Assembly (NCBI GenBank): GCA_964270895.1
Contig: OZ185439.1
Reading direction: 5' to 3' (one strand)
Origin: Podarcis filfolensis
Lineage: Eukaryota
Length of the DNA stretch: 64,000 bases
The notes below the pieces were generated by a model. That model was not told the DNA's origin, did no database searches, and was given only the letters and a program-made list of their open reading frames with translations. The position numbers and the translations under genes were made by a program. Shown here one piece after another: positions 36,481 through 49,645 of this stretch (the stretch's first letter is position 1; the number at the start of each line of letters is the position of its first letter).

Positions 36481-37348
36481 CTTTAGGATACAACCCATTA
36501 TAAGTAGTTGTGCGGGGGACTTATTGGGGCCAGAAAATATCATATAAATATGAAAACTATTGCAGGTGACGCAGTCTGTGGAAGTCTGCTGGGGTAGAAG
36601 GTCTTTTGAAGTCTCTTTCTCGAGGTCTTTGAAACCCAGAATTACATCCCACTCCCTGCTTGCTTGGTCCCTGGCTCAGTCCAACGCTACGCTACAGGTA
36701 TGTGGGCAACCGTTTTCTGGCCAAATACATTGGTTTTATTTATAGGCAAAGCGGGCAAGAATTGGCACTCTATAAACAAAGAGAACAGGAAATGGCCATC
36801 GGGCAACAGCTTTTTCTACCAGCCCTAGGAGCCTTCAGAATAGAGCTGCAGCCATGGGCATTATGTGTGTGTGTCTCTCTTGGTGAACTGAGTGGAAGCC
36901 TATGAGCCACAGGAATTCAACAGTGCTTTATTTTCCGTTGTAAGGTTGCTAAAGTTGTCAATATTGCTTTGTGGATTATGAGTGGTGTAATGCTTTGTGA
37001 ATCTTATGAAATGACTTTCTTGTGGTTGTGCTGTTTAGCTTATTCTTTTCATTTTGTTAATAGTGTTTACAGTGTTTTATAGAAGGTTGTTGTTTTACTG
37101 GTGATTTGTAATTGTTTTACTGTTGATTCTATGCTTTGATACACCACAAGCAAGTACGAAGCCACTATTGTATCTGAGAAGCTATCACTGATTTTTAAGT
37201 GATGCACTGGAGTGAAGGTTAAGGGTGCAGTGCAACCCAAGACATATCTAATCTGATGTGAACCCCATTGACTTCAGTGGGGCTTCCTTTCTCCAGGGGA
37301 GTAGGTATATGATCCCAGCCCAAGTTCCATTGATCTCGGAAAAACCTA

Positions 37349-37584
37349 CCGTATTTTTCGCTCTATAAAATGCACCAGACCATAAGACGCACCTAGTTTT
37401 TGGAGGAGGAAAACAAGAAAAAAATATTCTGAATCTCAGAAGCCAGGGATCGCAGCAGCAATCTCTCTTGCTGTTCTGGCTTCTGGGATAGCTGTGCAGC
37501 CTGCATTCGCCCCATAAGACGCACACACATTTCCCCTTACTTTTTAGGAGGGAAAAAGTGAGACTTATAGAGCAATAAATACGG
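37349..37584. mobile_element. Tigger/pogo-like MITE, copy 2 (internal deletion)
   Basis: TA-CCGTATTTTTCGC...AAATACGG-TA. Confidence 0.92.
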
Positions 37585-39289
37585 TAAGCACATGGGACTG
37601 GTTTTATGCCCTATTTTGTGTGCTCATCCTGCACCACAACGCCATCTTATATCACAGCAAAGTTTTCCTTTCCTTTCCCCACTTCCATGCTGTATATAAG
37701 AAGCATTTGTTCAGCTGCTTGGAATGATGGGCTGTGCATTTTTCAAAGGCATTACTTAACTCAGAAGAGGTACAGTTTAAGTATCTTTATGGATATCTCA
37801 TTTCTTATGAATTTTTCAATAGGAGATAAAATGAGGTAATGTGCAATGGAGAGAGGAAGCTGTGGGCTTTTTTGTAGTTGTTGTTACTTCTCCCTTTTCA
37901 AATGGTTTTGTTTTGTTTTTAAAAATCTGTCATTTGCAGGAAAAACACCATGTTTAATATACAAAATCTTGTGGCTTGAAAGAACCTTTTCTTCCCCTCT
38001 CAGACTCTATTTTGTTCTGCCTATGTAACCCGGGAATTTGGATAATTTCAACCTTGGTTAAAGCCCTTGTAGCTAACTAAAATGAAACTTGTTAAGAGGT
38101 CAGCAATGATAAAAGGGGGATAATGGTCACATGTTATTTACTAAACAGATTCCTGTGTACACATTACTGCTTGCTCTGGCTCCATTCTGCTCCCAGCACT
38201 GGTGCTTGAAGCCAAGGTACACATGCCGTTAGCCACAATCCATAGGTATCCTGTAGCTTCTGGAGAATCTTTTCTGTTTGATGGGCTTTCTTTCCCTCAA
38301 AGGAGCTTCCATCCAGTTAGAAAATGGAAGCCATTGTTGAACCGGGGTGCATACATTTCAGGCAGGTGATACGCAAGTGCAGATGACAACTTCAGTCAAC
38401 TGAAGTTTGGTGCAGGGAAACAAAGCGGTTAATGTGCATCAGGTGCTGACATCCCTGCCCCCCGTCTGGTTCTACAACCACTTGATTTAGCCTGGCAAAT
38501 AAAAGTGAACCTTCCCTCTAGGATGCTTGGGTCATCTTTTGCACCAGGGTGGAGCTCCTCTTCACTCCAAATGTATCACAAATGCATCAAATTGCCGTTT
38601 TGTGGTCAATATGGTGTCCATCCTTTTTTTTTTTTTTTTGAAGCTTCGGTGGTACTTCCTTCTTTTTGAAAGCTTTTGTTGTGTTGTTTTGTTGCATGCT
38701 TCCTTTGTCTTACTGGAATATGAATGCTGAACATTCCACCTATACCTTGAGTTTTGAGTGTAGCACATAAAATGAATAGCCCTCAAGAGAGGAGTGACAG
38801 TAAATGCAGCTGCCTTTGTGAGATGGGCAAAAAGCACACTGTTCAACCAAGCACCACTTGACCAGTTCCTTACATTTCGTGGGAACTATTCTAGCCATTG
38901 ATATGGGACTGAGATGCATACTAAGAGGTTCATGGCTCTCTCCTCTGCTGCACACTTGTGTGTGTGTGGCTGGACCAGTTCCTTTTCTATGTCAGCCCTG
39001 CCCATCTACAGTATGGGGGTAGTGGGCTACGTTTACTAAATTGCTGTTACATATTTTCAGAATTGCTATGTTCCTGGATGGAGGACATTCTAAACTTTTA
39101 TTGGGTAGCCTCCTTCCAATAGTTAGCATAATAAATGGGAAGACAGAAAGTACTAGATTTTTTCTATATATACCTCCAGGTGTGTATCTATGCTTTCTAG
39201 ATGGGGTGAAAACTTTTCATTTTTAGTTTTTACTGCACTTTTTAAAAACTCAGCTCGGATTAATTATCTGTACAGAGGAGAAGCAAATA

Positions 39290-39546
39290 CCGTATTTTTC
39301 GCTCTATAAGACGCACCAGACCACAAGACGCACCTGGTTTTTGGAGGAGGAAAACAAGAAAAAAATATTCTGAATCTCAGAAGCCAGAACAGCAAGAGGG
39401 ATCGCTGCGCAGTGAAAGCAGCAATCGCTCTTGCTGTTCTGGCTTCTGGGATAGCTGCGCAGCCTGCATTCGCTCCATAAGATGCACACACATTTCCCCT
39501 TACTTTTTAGGAGGAAAAAGTGAGTCTTATAGAGCAAAAAATACAG
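39290..39546. mobile_element. Tigger/pogo-like MITE, copy 3
   Basis: TA-CCGTATTTTTCGC...AAAAAATACAG-TA. Confidence 0.92.
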
Positions 39547-39557
39547 TATATCTAGGG

Positions 39558-39803
39558 CATGGGTAGGCAAACTAAGGCCCAAGGGCCGGATCTGGCCCAA
39601 TCGCCTTCTCAATCCGGCCCGCGGACAGCCCGGAATCAGTGTGTTTTTACATGAGTAGAATGTGTCCTTTTTCCAAAAATGCATCTCTGGGTTATTTGTG
39701 GGGCATAGTAATTTATTCATATTCCCCCCCATATAGTCCAGCCCCCCACAAGGTCCGAGGGACAGTGGACCAGCCCCCTGCTGAAAAAGTTTGCTGACCC
39801 CTG
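39558..39803. mobile_element. hAT-Charlie-type MITE
   Basis: CATGGGTAGGCAAAC...GTTTGCTGACCCCTG; perfect 8-bp TSD ATCTAGGG (39550-57, 39804-11). Confidence 0.9.
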
Positions 39804-42800
39804 ATCTAGGGGTTATACATACAAAATGTTCCCATTTCCTTCGGAGGTATTGCAGTGCTTTTAAATGTGTGTTTGTCCTTATGTTCATTTTTATGGTGGT
39901 AATAAGGCTGCCAAGAATGCAAGGTTAAAACTTGCTCTAAAGAGAGAATGGTTTGTGCCAATCACCAACTCTCCCTTTGAACAAGCTTGTTTAAGACAGA
40001 GTTTGTCTCAAAACAGTTTTGCTTCTTCCTCTGCATTTTCTTGATTGAGATCTTCACAGCACTTAAGGAGCATTCACATGATTGATTGCAGTGGCTGAGC
40101 AACATAAATATCTACTTGAAATGTCATTGTGTCTTAATGCAATATCAGCCTTTGCAGGGTTGGGGAATAATCATTCCTTGCAACGCACACATTGTCAAAT
40201 GGACGAATTAATTAAACTGGAATCACAATGTTCCAAGAAAATACATATATAAAAATACAAGCGTGTTAAGGAATTATAGTATAAAAATTACCTTGTTGTT
40301 TAATTGCTACATATATTGCTGCATTGAATGAGTTCAGCGAGGTCTCCTCCTAGGGACCATATATCAGATCTGCTGTTTTGAGTAGTCCTCAGTCTATTGT
40401 GAAAAATATTTGTATTTCTAGCAATATCATTCACATTTTGGGGGGTCACTTTAGTTTTATTTAGGTTTGTTATACATCCCTGAGATATGACTAAAGTCTT
40501 GAGGGGCACGTTATGGTTTAAAGAAATGCAGACTATTGCTTAAGCAAAAATAAACAAACTGGGAGACAGATTTCGCTTGAGCTGTACAGTGCAGTCATGA
40601 AGAGTGAGACTATGAGTGTGACCTAGGAAGTCTGCACCAGTTCCTGGTTTTGTGAGGCCTGGGGCCAAGAAGCTGTTGGGAAGGGGGGGACCGCCTTCTC
40701 TGGGGTGCTTGACTCCAAACACACGCACAGCACAATTACTTCCTTTTCCTTTGCAGGTCTTGAAGCCTATTTCAGGCAGCTTTTTCTTTAAAAGGTACCG
40801 AGATCCTACTGCTATTATTAGCTATGTTTGAGAGGTGTTTTTTTTTTTTTAAGGGTTAGCTAGTTTTAAATATTTTAGCACACAATTCCTTGAGTATAAG
40901 TAGAGCTTCCCATGTAAGCTGATATTTGCTAGTAAAAGCCTGTCAAAAATTAATGTCAAGATTTATGGTCCAACAGTAAGTCTGAAATGTTATCTGTCAG
41001 TTTGTAGCTGTTCATTTTTTGTTTTTTTATTTTGGCTGGTTCCCTCAAAGAAATAGGGCACAGCAGCTGGACAAAGACTGGGCTCTTCCTGGGTTCAGCG
41101 TTTATGCTCCGACCGTCTCCCTTATGCAGTCAGTCAATAACTGCGCTGGCCAACTTTCTATTTTCTATCAATAAACATCACGGGGCACAAAGATCTCGAT
41201 CCTATGATATCTTCTCTGAATAATAAAAGTGTCTTTTCCTAATGGCAACCATCAGCCCCGGGGCTTGTTGGAGAGCATCTCTAAATCCTGCAACAAAAGC
41301 ATTTGCTGGAATGTGAAATCCCTGCAGAGGGCAGATGCTGTAAGGCGTTTTCCTTTTCTTTCTTTTTTTTAAAAAAGGCACAGAAATTTTTACATTAGTT
41401 CCTAATCTGTGCAGCAAAGGAAGCTCTCTCTCTCTCAAGCAAAACTGCAATTGTAGCAGTTTCTGTTTATAGACGGTTTTGATTCTCCATTTGGGAATTA
41501 CTGGACAACAGAGAAAGAGAGATTTGGCTGCTGTGCAGTCATTAGGAGCTGCTGTTCCTTGAACAGACTTCCACTTATTCATCACATTTGGCACTCCACT
41601 GCTAAAATAACCCTGACCAGGAGTCTCATCTTCAAATTAGGGCACGGGCGGTGGGGGAAGGGGATGCATGCTGAACGGGCTGGCTAGGACAGGAGGAGGG
41701 ACACAGCAGCCCCCCCCCCCCCACTTCCGAATTGGCCTTTGGTCTGATCCAGCAGAGCTACTCCTGTGTTCCTAAAAAGTAAGCAACAAAACAAAAGGGG
41801 ATGGGGATGCAGCCAGGCTCTTGCTTCTGCAATAGAACATAATGAGTGCCTGTGCCTGAGCTGCAAAAACATACTCTGCATTTAATGCCCCCCCCCCCCG
41901 AATCCTGGGAATTGTAGCTGTGAGCAGTAAACAGTAGTTTACTCCTCACAGAGCTACAATTCCCAAACAACACCGCCTGTTTCTATTCACAGAATGATTC
42001 GATATTTTAAATGCCAGCCCCTCCTCCCCTTGTTAAAAAGCTTTTAAAACAATGCTTTGTGGACAAATGAATGTTTTAAAACGTAGGGTGTGCAATAATG
42101 CAGCGGTTGCTTTTTAAGCACATGCATGCTGTCTCTTCTGTCTTTAATGGTTAAACAGGCCAGCTCTTGCCCATTCAGAAATCTCTGAAAGGGCTGGCTG
42201 TGGGCCAGCTCCAGATGTGAGCGAAACAAATCGTGTACACCAACGGGTGGCTCTGGGTACAGGGATGTGCATCCAGTCATATCAATGAGGCCTGAATGAG
42301 CATTGTGAGATGGGCTGGGGAATGTGCCCACAGCTGTGCAGTGGCATCCAGATGTGCTGCTTGTGCACATGGATTTCCCTCGCCAGATTGAGGTGTTCTT
42401 TACATTTTAAAACGTGTCTGGGGAATCAAACATTCTGAAAAGGATTACAGGTTTCAGAAAAGAAGTAGTAAAAGTCTTTCTCCAAAAGCTGTCTGGTTGG
42501 CTGGTGTTTTTGTTGGTCACAGGGCAAAAAATGTGCATGATGCCATCTTGTGGCCAAACGTTTCCACTTTTTATGCACCAGAATAGCCACAATCCAGCAA
42601 CCAGTGAGGTCTTTCAGCCTAATCTGCAGCATAGCATTGTTTTGAAGATGATAAAAAAAGAGAAAAGATTGGTGCAGGAGGAAAGGGAAGTAGATTCATA
42701 TGCTTCTTGGCAGAAAGTTAGGGCATCAAATGTAGTGAATAAAAAAAAATATGACAAATAATTTGGGGGCCTATTGATGTGATCAGACTGCATGGCCCAA

Positions 42801-44094
42801 AATCATTAGATGGTTTAATCTTACTGCAGTACTGTACTGAGTTTATTAACATGAAAGGCCTAGGAAAACAGTAATTCTGTAACTACTTAAATTTTGCTGA
42901 TCGCCTTGAAATGATGTTTTTTAGGATGCATATTCTGACATTGTTTTGGGCATGGCTTGCTGTTGGAGTAGCAAATACCTGGAAACCCATGTTGTGGCCT
43001 AATCGAGGTGAGATTCCACTGCGTTTTTTTATTGAGAATAAGTTATTGATACTGTAATGGCAGGGGTTTTTTTTGCTTTGTTTTTAACAATAATGTGCTT
43101 AGTAATTATTTTTGTTAAGCCCTGCAATTGAGACAATGAAGATTTGATTTGGGGTTGTTATCCGACAGCGTGCTGTCAGGCTGGTCAATACTTTGTGTGT
43201 GTAGCGCACTGATTGACTCATGATGTGAGATAATGTTCTCTTTTATCTTAGCCTTACTGGTCCTTGGTAAATCCAGGTTACTCAAGCGTCAGTTTGACAG
43301 CCTGTACATACTTGTGTAATATTTACCATGTTATTTCAGAGCCTTTGATGGAAGGCATTGCATAAGAACAAAGCCTCGTTTGTTTCTTAAAAGACTAGAT
43401 CCACACTCACATGGTGCTGCGTAGCAGACAGGGAATCCTGCCATTTGCCTTTGGGAATGCTCTGAGGATCCCCTTGTACCCAGTAAAGGGTACGACCCGC
43501 ATTACAGCTTACATGTAGCTCTTTGTAAACTTAGCCAGCTAAGCTTTAAAACAAATTAGATCCCCCTTTCCATTATTAAAGGAGGATCATTCTAATGCCT
43601 CTGAAAGCATGAAAATCTCTTCTTCAGCCTGAAGTTATCAATGGAGGTCAGCTTCTTATCCGTTGACTTCCATCAAAGAATACCAAGTACAGTATCTCCC
43701 CACAACTGTCAACACCAGAATAAGTTATGCGAAGTAATTCTATGGAATCTATGGATTATGCAAATATGTGTGAATTGTGTTGCAGAATGTTTATAGGTTG
43801 CAGAATTTCATTTTTCTACTCATAAAATTGAAGCTATCTTTGGGCTAGAGGTTTTATCTTTCGTTTTCAATGCACACAGATCTCTCCAGCCCCATTCCTC
43901 CATCTATGAAGATGACTATATGTAAACAAACTTCTCTCTCCCGATAAACTGCGACCTTGCCTTTCTTTCATCTGACTCTCGGCATGGGGACCGAGCTGTC
44001 CCCAGACTGCTGCTGCTGAGAGGTTAAAAGGGTTGAACACAGAAATCCCTTGGGTGATAAAAAAACTGTTTACAAATGTATTAAACATAAAAGG

Positions 44095-47000
44095 AAACAG
44101 ATAGTAACATTTTTTATTAAATATTACAGTGGATCAAAAAGTACAAAATATCTTTGCTTGCTATGTGATTGGGAAACTATTGGCACATAATACAGTATCA
44201 AAAGCATTAATACATACAATTTGGAAAACATACAAAAATTGAGTGTTTATAGTTGGCTCAGCTTTTCTTTCTTTCTTTCTTTCTGGTAGTGTTTAAACTT
44301 ATTTAATTTGAAAGGTTACTCAGTAACCCTTTTATTCTTTTAAAAAATGGGAAAACTATATAATATTACTGGGCCATTTTTTTTCTATATACAAATAATC
44401 ACCTTACAGAGCATATAAGCTACAATAACTTGAATCACAAGAATGTATACACTATTTACAACAAAAGAACGCTCAAAACAAAGTATAAACAGCTAGTAGA
44501 TTATGCTGCCTTTGTTAGACCATATTTAAAACTATGGGAGGGGAGGAATACATGTAAAATATCAAATACATTTACAGCTAACACCGGTTAAGTGCTCAAT
44601 AATGATAGTTTCAATACTGCAGACCTCATTATCAGTGAAATATTTTCCCACTATAAGCATTACAAATTGTGAAATGGGGCCAGGCTTGACTACGCTCATT
44701 GCTGTACAATCGGATCACATGGAATAACGAGTGAGTAGAAGCCAACCTCTCCCTTTAAAGGCACACACCACACAACCTATTTCTGTGGCCATCTACTGGC
44801 TTCTGTGAGCCACACAACAGAATAGGACAGAGCTTGAACATATGGGGACTAGTCAAGAAAACAGTGAGACAGAAGTGACTTTGGCTCTGTTTAACTCTTG
44901 CACGGCTGCTGCCTCTCTGGTTGCTCCTGTGCCACCCCCAGTTAGGGCTGCTTACACAATTAGGCATCACCCGAGAGACATTTCCCTGTATGGCGGAGGA
45001 ACAACTACACTATCACACCATTCCAGCTAACGTGTGAAATGGGGCCAAAATTACTCTCAGCTTTTCTTGATGCAGAAGTTACCTGGAGTGGAATAACCAT
45101 GGAAACAGTAACAATCCCATTACTCCAGGTACTATATTAAACAGGGCTCAAGTCACAGGTTTCATTGGCTTGCGGCCTGCGTGCTTAAGGATTCATAGAG
45201 CAGTTCAATAAGCCAGGAACACTTCTTAGCTTTATGTTGGGCTTCAGATGGAATTGGGAAACTCTTCTGATTACTAAAGTGAGAATCCGGTTGCAAAAGG
45301 CCTCACCCAACACAAACCCCTCCCCATGTCAATGGCTTCTAAAAAGACAATTCTATCGAGGGGAGGGAAAGGTTTTCTTTGTCTTTAATCTCATCAACCT
45401 TCAGAATCTTTAATGAATCCTGAACAGAGTGAGTTGGAATTGCAACATTTCTTGGGACCAACTCATGGTAAATAGATTTATCACTCTGTTGCCAATTAAA
45501 CTGTTTTCTTTACCAATCTACCAATAACAAAAAAAACTTGTGCAATTTCATTCAGTAAGGCCCCTTGAACTCAAACAAAGCAAACAAAGCCCCATTTAAG
45601 TCACAGAAAGTAGTCTTCTGCCAGTGGAAAATGCAATACTTAATAGAAATCATGGATTTTTTAAAAGCATTCTTAGGCAACCCACCCCACCAATGGTATG
45701 AGCTATGTCCTCATTGCTCTTCATTTACCCTCATCTTGGCCAATGCATCATGAGCTTTCTAAAAATAAGCCAATCTTCCTATTGAAAAAAGCAAGAGGAA
45801 CACACACAAAAGGGGGGGGGGGTCAATTAACCCTGCACTGTGATCTGTCCAAACAACTTTCAAAACGATGCATGAAACTGAAATTGGAGACTTACAAAAT
45901 AAGCACATGAGGTTAAGATTTAACAGTATGGTTATCAAATCAAACTTTCAAAAATGAGTCATCCTAGGGTTGTGGGATTTGGAATAAATGGACAGTCAAG
46001 TACCCTCATATGCACGCATAGCTCCTGTGCAGGAGGGCAGCCCCATTCCTTTCAAGAGGGTGGGGAGCTAAGTATGTGCCAGAGGATTTGTGCACAGTGC
46101 GACCCTCTCTACTGGAGGGAAAGGGGTAGGATAGGGGCGTACCACTGTAAGCAATGTGGAGCTACCTCTGCATGCAGTAAATGACTTGCTAAGGGTGTGC
46201 TGTTCCAAAACGAGGGACAATCCTTTTAAAACAAGGGACATCCCTTACTGTAAGGGGGATCAGGCAACCCTACATGCAGATTATCCCAAACAAATCAGAG
46301 ATGCATTACATCCTGGATTAGCAAACCAGGCACATAATTCTAACAGTCATTGCAGGCTTATACAACCCTGCCAACTTCCCTTCCCCCTCCCCACCTTGAT
46401 TATTATATTAGTCAGGTTTAGTGCAATTTTTTTGTATACTAATAATGCCCTCTATGGCATCTGATCAACTTAGAATGTGATTGTTTGTTTTTTTTTTTTG
46501 AATGCTCCGAGCACAGCAGGAAAAAGAAAAGCAAAAGTCGGCGTTGGCACATTTATCTTCTAAAGTCTACTAGCCTGCTTATGCATCATCAGTTCATATA
46601 ATTTTACCACAAGAACATAAAAGCGTTAAATTGAAGATAACATCGATCTTTAACAGTAGATGTCTATTATTTTGTTGTTTTTTCCACCATTGTATATTAA
46701 ATAGGTTACATTATATATTGCAGTTGGCTTCATATCACAGGAAATTTCAATATAGGATGTTTGGCATGCATGCACGATGTTGCTTAAGTAGTTTCCACTA
46801 GTTTCCAGTAGTTTTGATTATTACTGTATTTGAATTGCAATCTGGGATGGGTTCAGCTCACAACCGATTTTCACATTGTAAAATGCCTCAAAAAGTTCAG
46901 CCTCTCTGGGTGGCTGTCCATACTTCCAGACCCAGCACAGAAAGGTTCCTCCAAATAAATCCACATCGTTGTAGGTTGATTTTCCCCATGGAAAAAACCC

Positions 47001-49645
47001 AAACGCACCAGCTTCACTTACGGACTTGTCACTCTTCAAATTATACCTTGTGACTGGGGTGTGGGGCTGCATTTTAGCCTCATGGGGAGGACCTGCCCCA
47101 CCACCAACTCAAGCTGATCGCTGTTGAGCCAAGTGCTCAGTGGGCTGCCATGGCCACGATGTGTGGCCAGCGATGATGCCAGAGAGGTATGGGGCAGCCT
47201 CAACAGATTTGGCTGCCTTTGATGCTTCCTGAATGGGAGGTGGAAACTCAGCAAATCCACGAGAGACACTGGAACCAAAATGAGTGGAAGCTGGCATTGT
47301 TTCTTTGATTTGAACAAAGCCAGCTTCACGGCAGCACCTGACATTTCCTCCCTCTCTGGTGGTAAACATCACTTGTGCTGGTACACGGTGTCAGAGAGGA
47401 ATATGAGATGGGGGCAGAGGACACGGTCCTTGGGACTTCCTACTTAGCACCAGCTTTCAAGTGTTCTGATTACACACATTGGGCGCTTGCTTTCTACACC
47501 AAGGTTCTGTCCCTGCGTGAACAGCAATGGAAGCTTCAGCAAAGGCCTAGAAAGCCCTCAGCTGCTCACTCAAAGCCGCTGACAAAGGGCTCTTCGAACA
47601 CCTTTCCCTCCCAAGAGGAACAGCAATACAGGCTGAATGAAACCTTCCCTTTTGCAACTCAGGTGCTCATGCACAAGCCAAGGCCAAAGCAAATGAGAGT
47701 GAGCAGCCAGCTGCAGTCTTTAAGGGTAGAACTCTTACTCTTGCTGTTCCCATGGGTGTGTAAGGGGTGTGTGCATGCACTAAAAGGGCCCTTGAGTTCT
47801 CCTCTAAAGCCTCCAAGCTTGCACAGTAGCTAGTCAGTGGGTGGAGCCATGCCTGCCAGCTCTTTGAGCCTTTCCTCACATCAAAATATATCCCCTTTTA
47901 TACTTCAGCTGCTGCCCTTTGTGCTGTGGTCCTGACCCTGCAATGATCTGAGCACCCTAGCTCATTCCAGCAAAATATCTCAAGGCAATTTTTAGCTTTC
48001 AGCAGGAAGACTCTCATGAGAGTCAACAGGGTACTCTGGCTCAGGCTTCAGAAATGCCACTGGCATGGAACTTTTGTTCAATAGGACCAGAGAGTCAAAG
48101 TCAAGTAAAACCGGGCTTAAGTGGTTTGTAGATTAAGCTGCCATTTTTGTTTTGAGTCCAAGCCACGTGGTCAGAATACTTTGCTGGAAGAAGGTGGGAT
48201 GTTCAGCACTTTGTAGGAGGACTCCACCAAGCAAGAGTTCAACCAGTTCATAGCCCAAAGGTGACCCTCAAAAGACTGACTTCCAGATTTGGAACGGCTC
48301 CTTGCTATTATCTTTCTCAGAACGTTTATACGTTCTCACCCATCTCACTTCAGCAGCACAGAATCCAGACCATCTTTAACTAAAATGCTTCACCTTCTTT
48401 CTCTCCTAACGGCTGAAATTCTTGAAATAGTTTAACAGCCCACAATGAAGGTACTTTAGAACACCAATGTTATTGAGTAACTTGTTGCCAGCACAGTCTC
48501 CTAAGCATGTTTCCTTTCTGGTATGCAGGACAGTTTCACAGCCTAGATAAGGTTAAGTACAATTCTTAACAAATTCACAGACCATGATGCAGGAAAACCA
48601 GATCCGAGTGGCCAGTAAAACAGCAAAGTATGAACAATTAGAGAACCATTTTGATGGGTGAGGGGAACACTCAGCACCTCTGAAGGATCTAGTTGCTTGA
48701 GAAGGAACTGATGTTTGGACTCAGCTGCAATTGTGTGATCTACAGTATGCTTCTCTCTCCATTGGAAAGGTTCATTGAAAATGGATGCTTTTGTTTTGTA
48801 AACAATGACATTACCACCCAAAAAGCTGCTCTAAAAACATAAGCAGAAATGGGGAAAGGAAGGGGGAAAATATAAACACATTAAAAAAAGAAGCCCTCAA
48901 TAACCAGCGCCTTTTTTTCTTTTACCAAAAAGAGGTTGCAAATGAAAAGAGACTGTTCTTTTAAATTAAACAGAGCACAGGATAAGTTGAAAATAACTTG
49001 CATAAATTATACAAATGAACTTGACGCTGGAGATTCTTTTGTTTTGTTTCTGAAGCAGATATGTAAAGTCTAATTGGACAGTGTTTACTTTTCCTGTTTT
49101 GATAGTGTTAAGATGAAATGCTATGAAGTTTCTGCTATACATTGCATTGATTTGAAATCTGAAAAGTCAGAAAACAAAATGGTACCCAAAGAAGCAATAT
49201 CCGTAGATCATTTGCTTGTTCCACTTTCTCTCTCATCAGACCTGCCTCTTTTTCTATTTGAAATGTTCCAAAACCCACTCTTTTTTAAGGGGGGGGGGAC
49301 AAACAAACAAACACCTTTTTTCTCCTCCAGGATAAGGGAGGTGGAGCCTAATGTTCCCCCTGCTCTTCTCTGACACTTGTTTTCCGCATGATAGATACTT
49401 TTGCGAACCTTCTTTGCAATGTGAAATGACCACAGAGGAGTAGATGCAGGAGCCCAAAGTAAAAAAACAAAGCCCAGGCGAATCGACTGTCTTGTTTGAC
49501 CCTCGATCAACTCTGAAGCCTTCAGCAATGAGGGACAAAACTGCTTATTGGTTAACACAAAATAATCGGCTTTTTGTTTAAATTTTGCAAGACATCACAG
49601 GCTAAAAGGAATGTAGTTGTTTGTTGTTGTTTTCCAAGGGAGGAT
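44095..49645 (-). other. ARID5B: ARID5B 3'UTR (about 5.5 kb)
   Basis: Continuous from stop TAA (49646-49648) to the PAS; AU-rich and poor in recognisable repeats. Confidence 0.7.
44113..44118 (-). terminator. ARID5B: ARID5B polyadenylation signal
   Basis: Minus strand reads ...TAATATTT-AATAAA-AAATGTTACTATCTGTTTCCTTTTATGTTT; upstream TGTA-rich, downstream GU/U-rich. Confidence 0.75.

Noticed and set aside
39304-39888. 194-aa ORF, and similar ORFs at 18658..19020 and 37248..37526
   Set aside because: Chance read-through of non-autonomous MITEs; no transposase motifs.
47375-47833. 152-aa plus-strand ORF inside the ARID5B 3'UTR
   Set aside because: Non-ATG start, antisense to the UTR, no recognisable domain.
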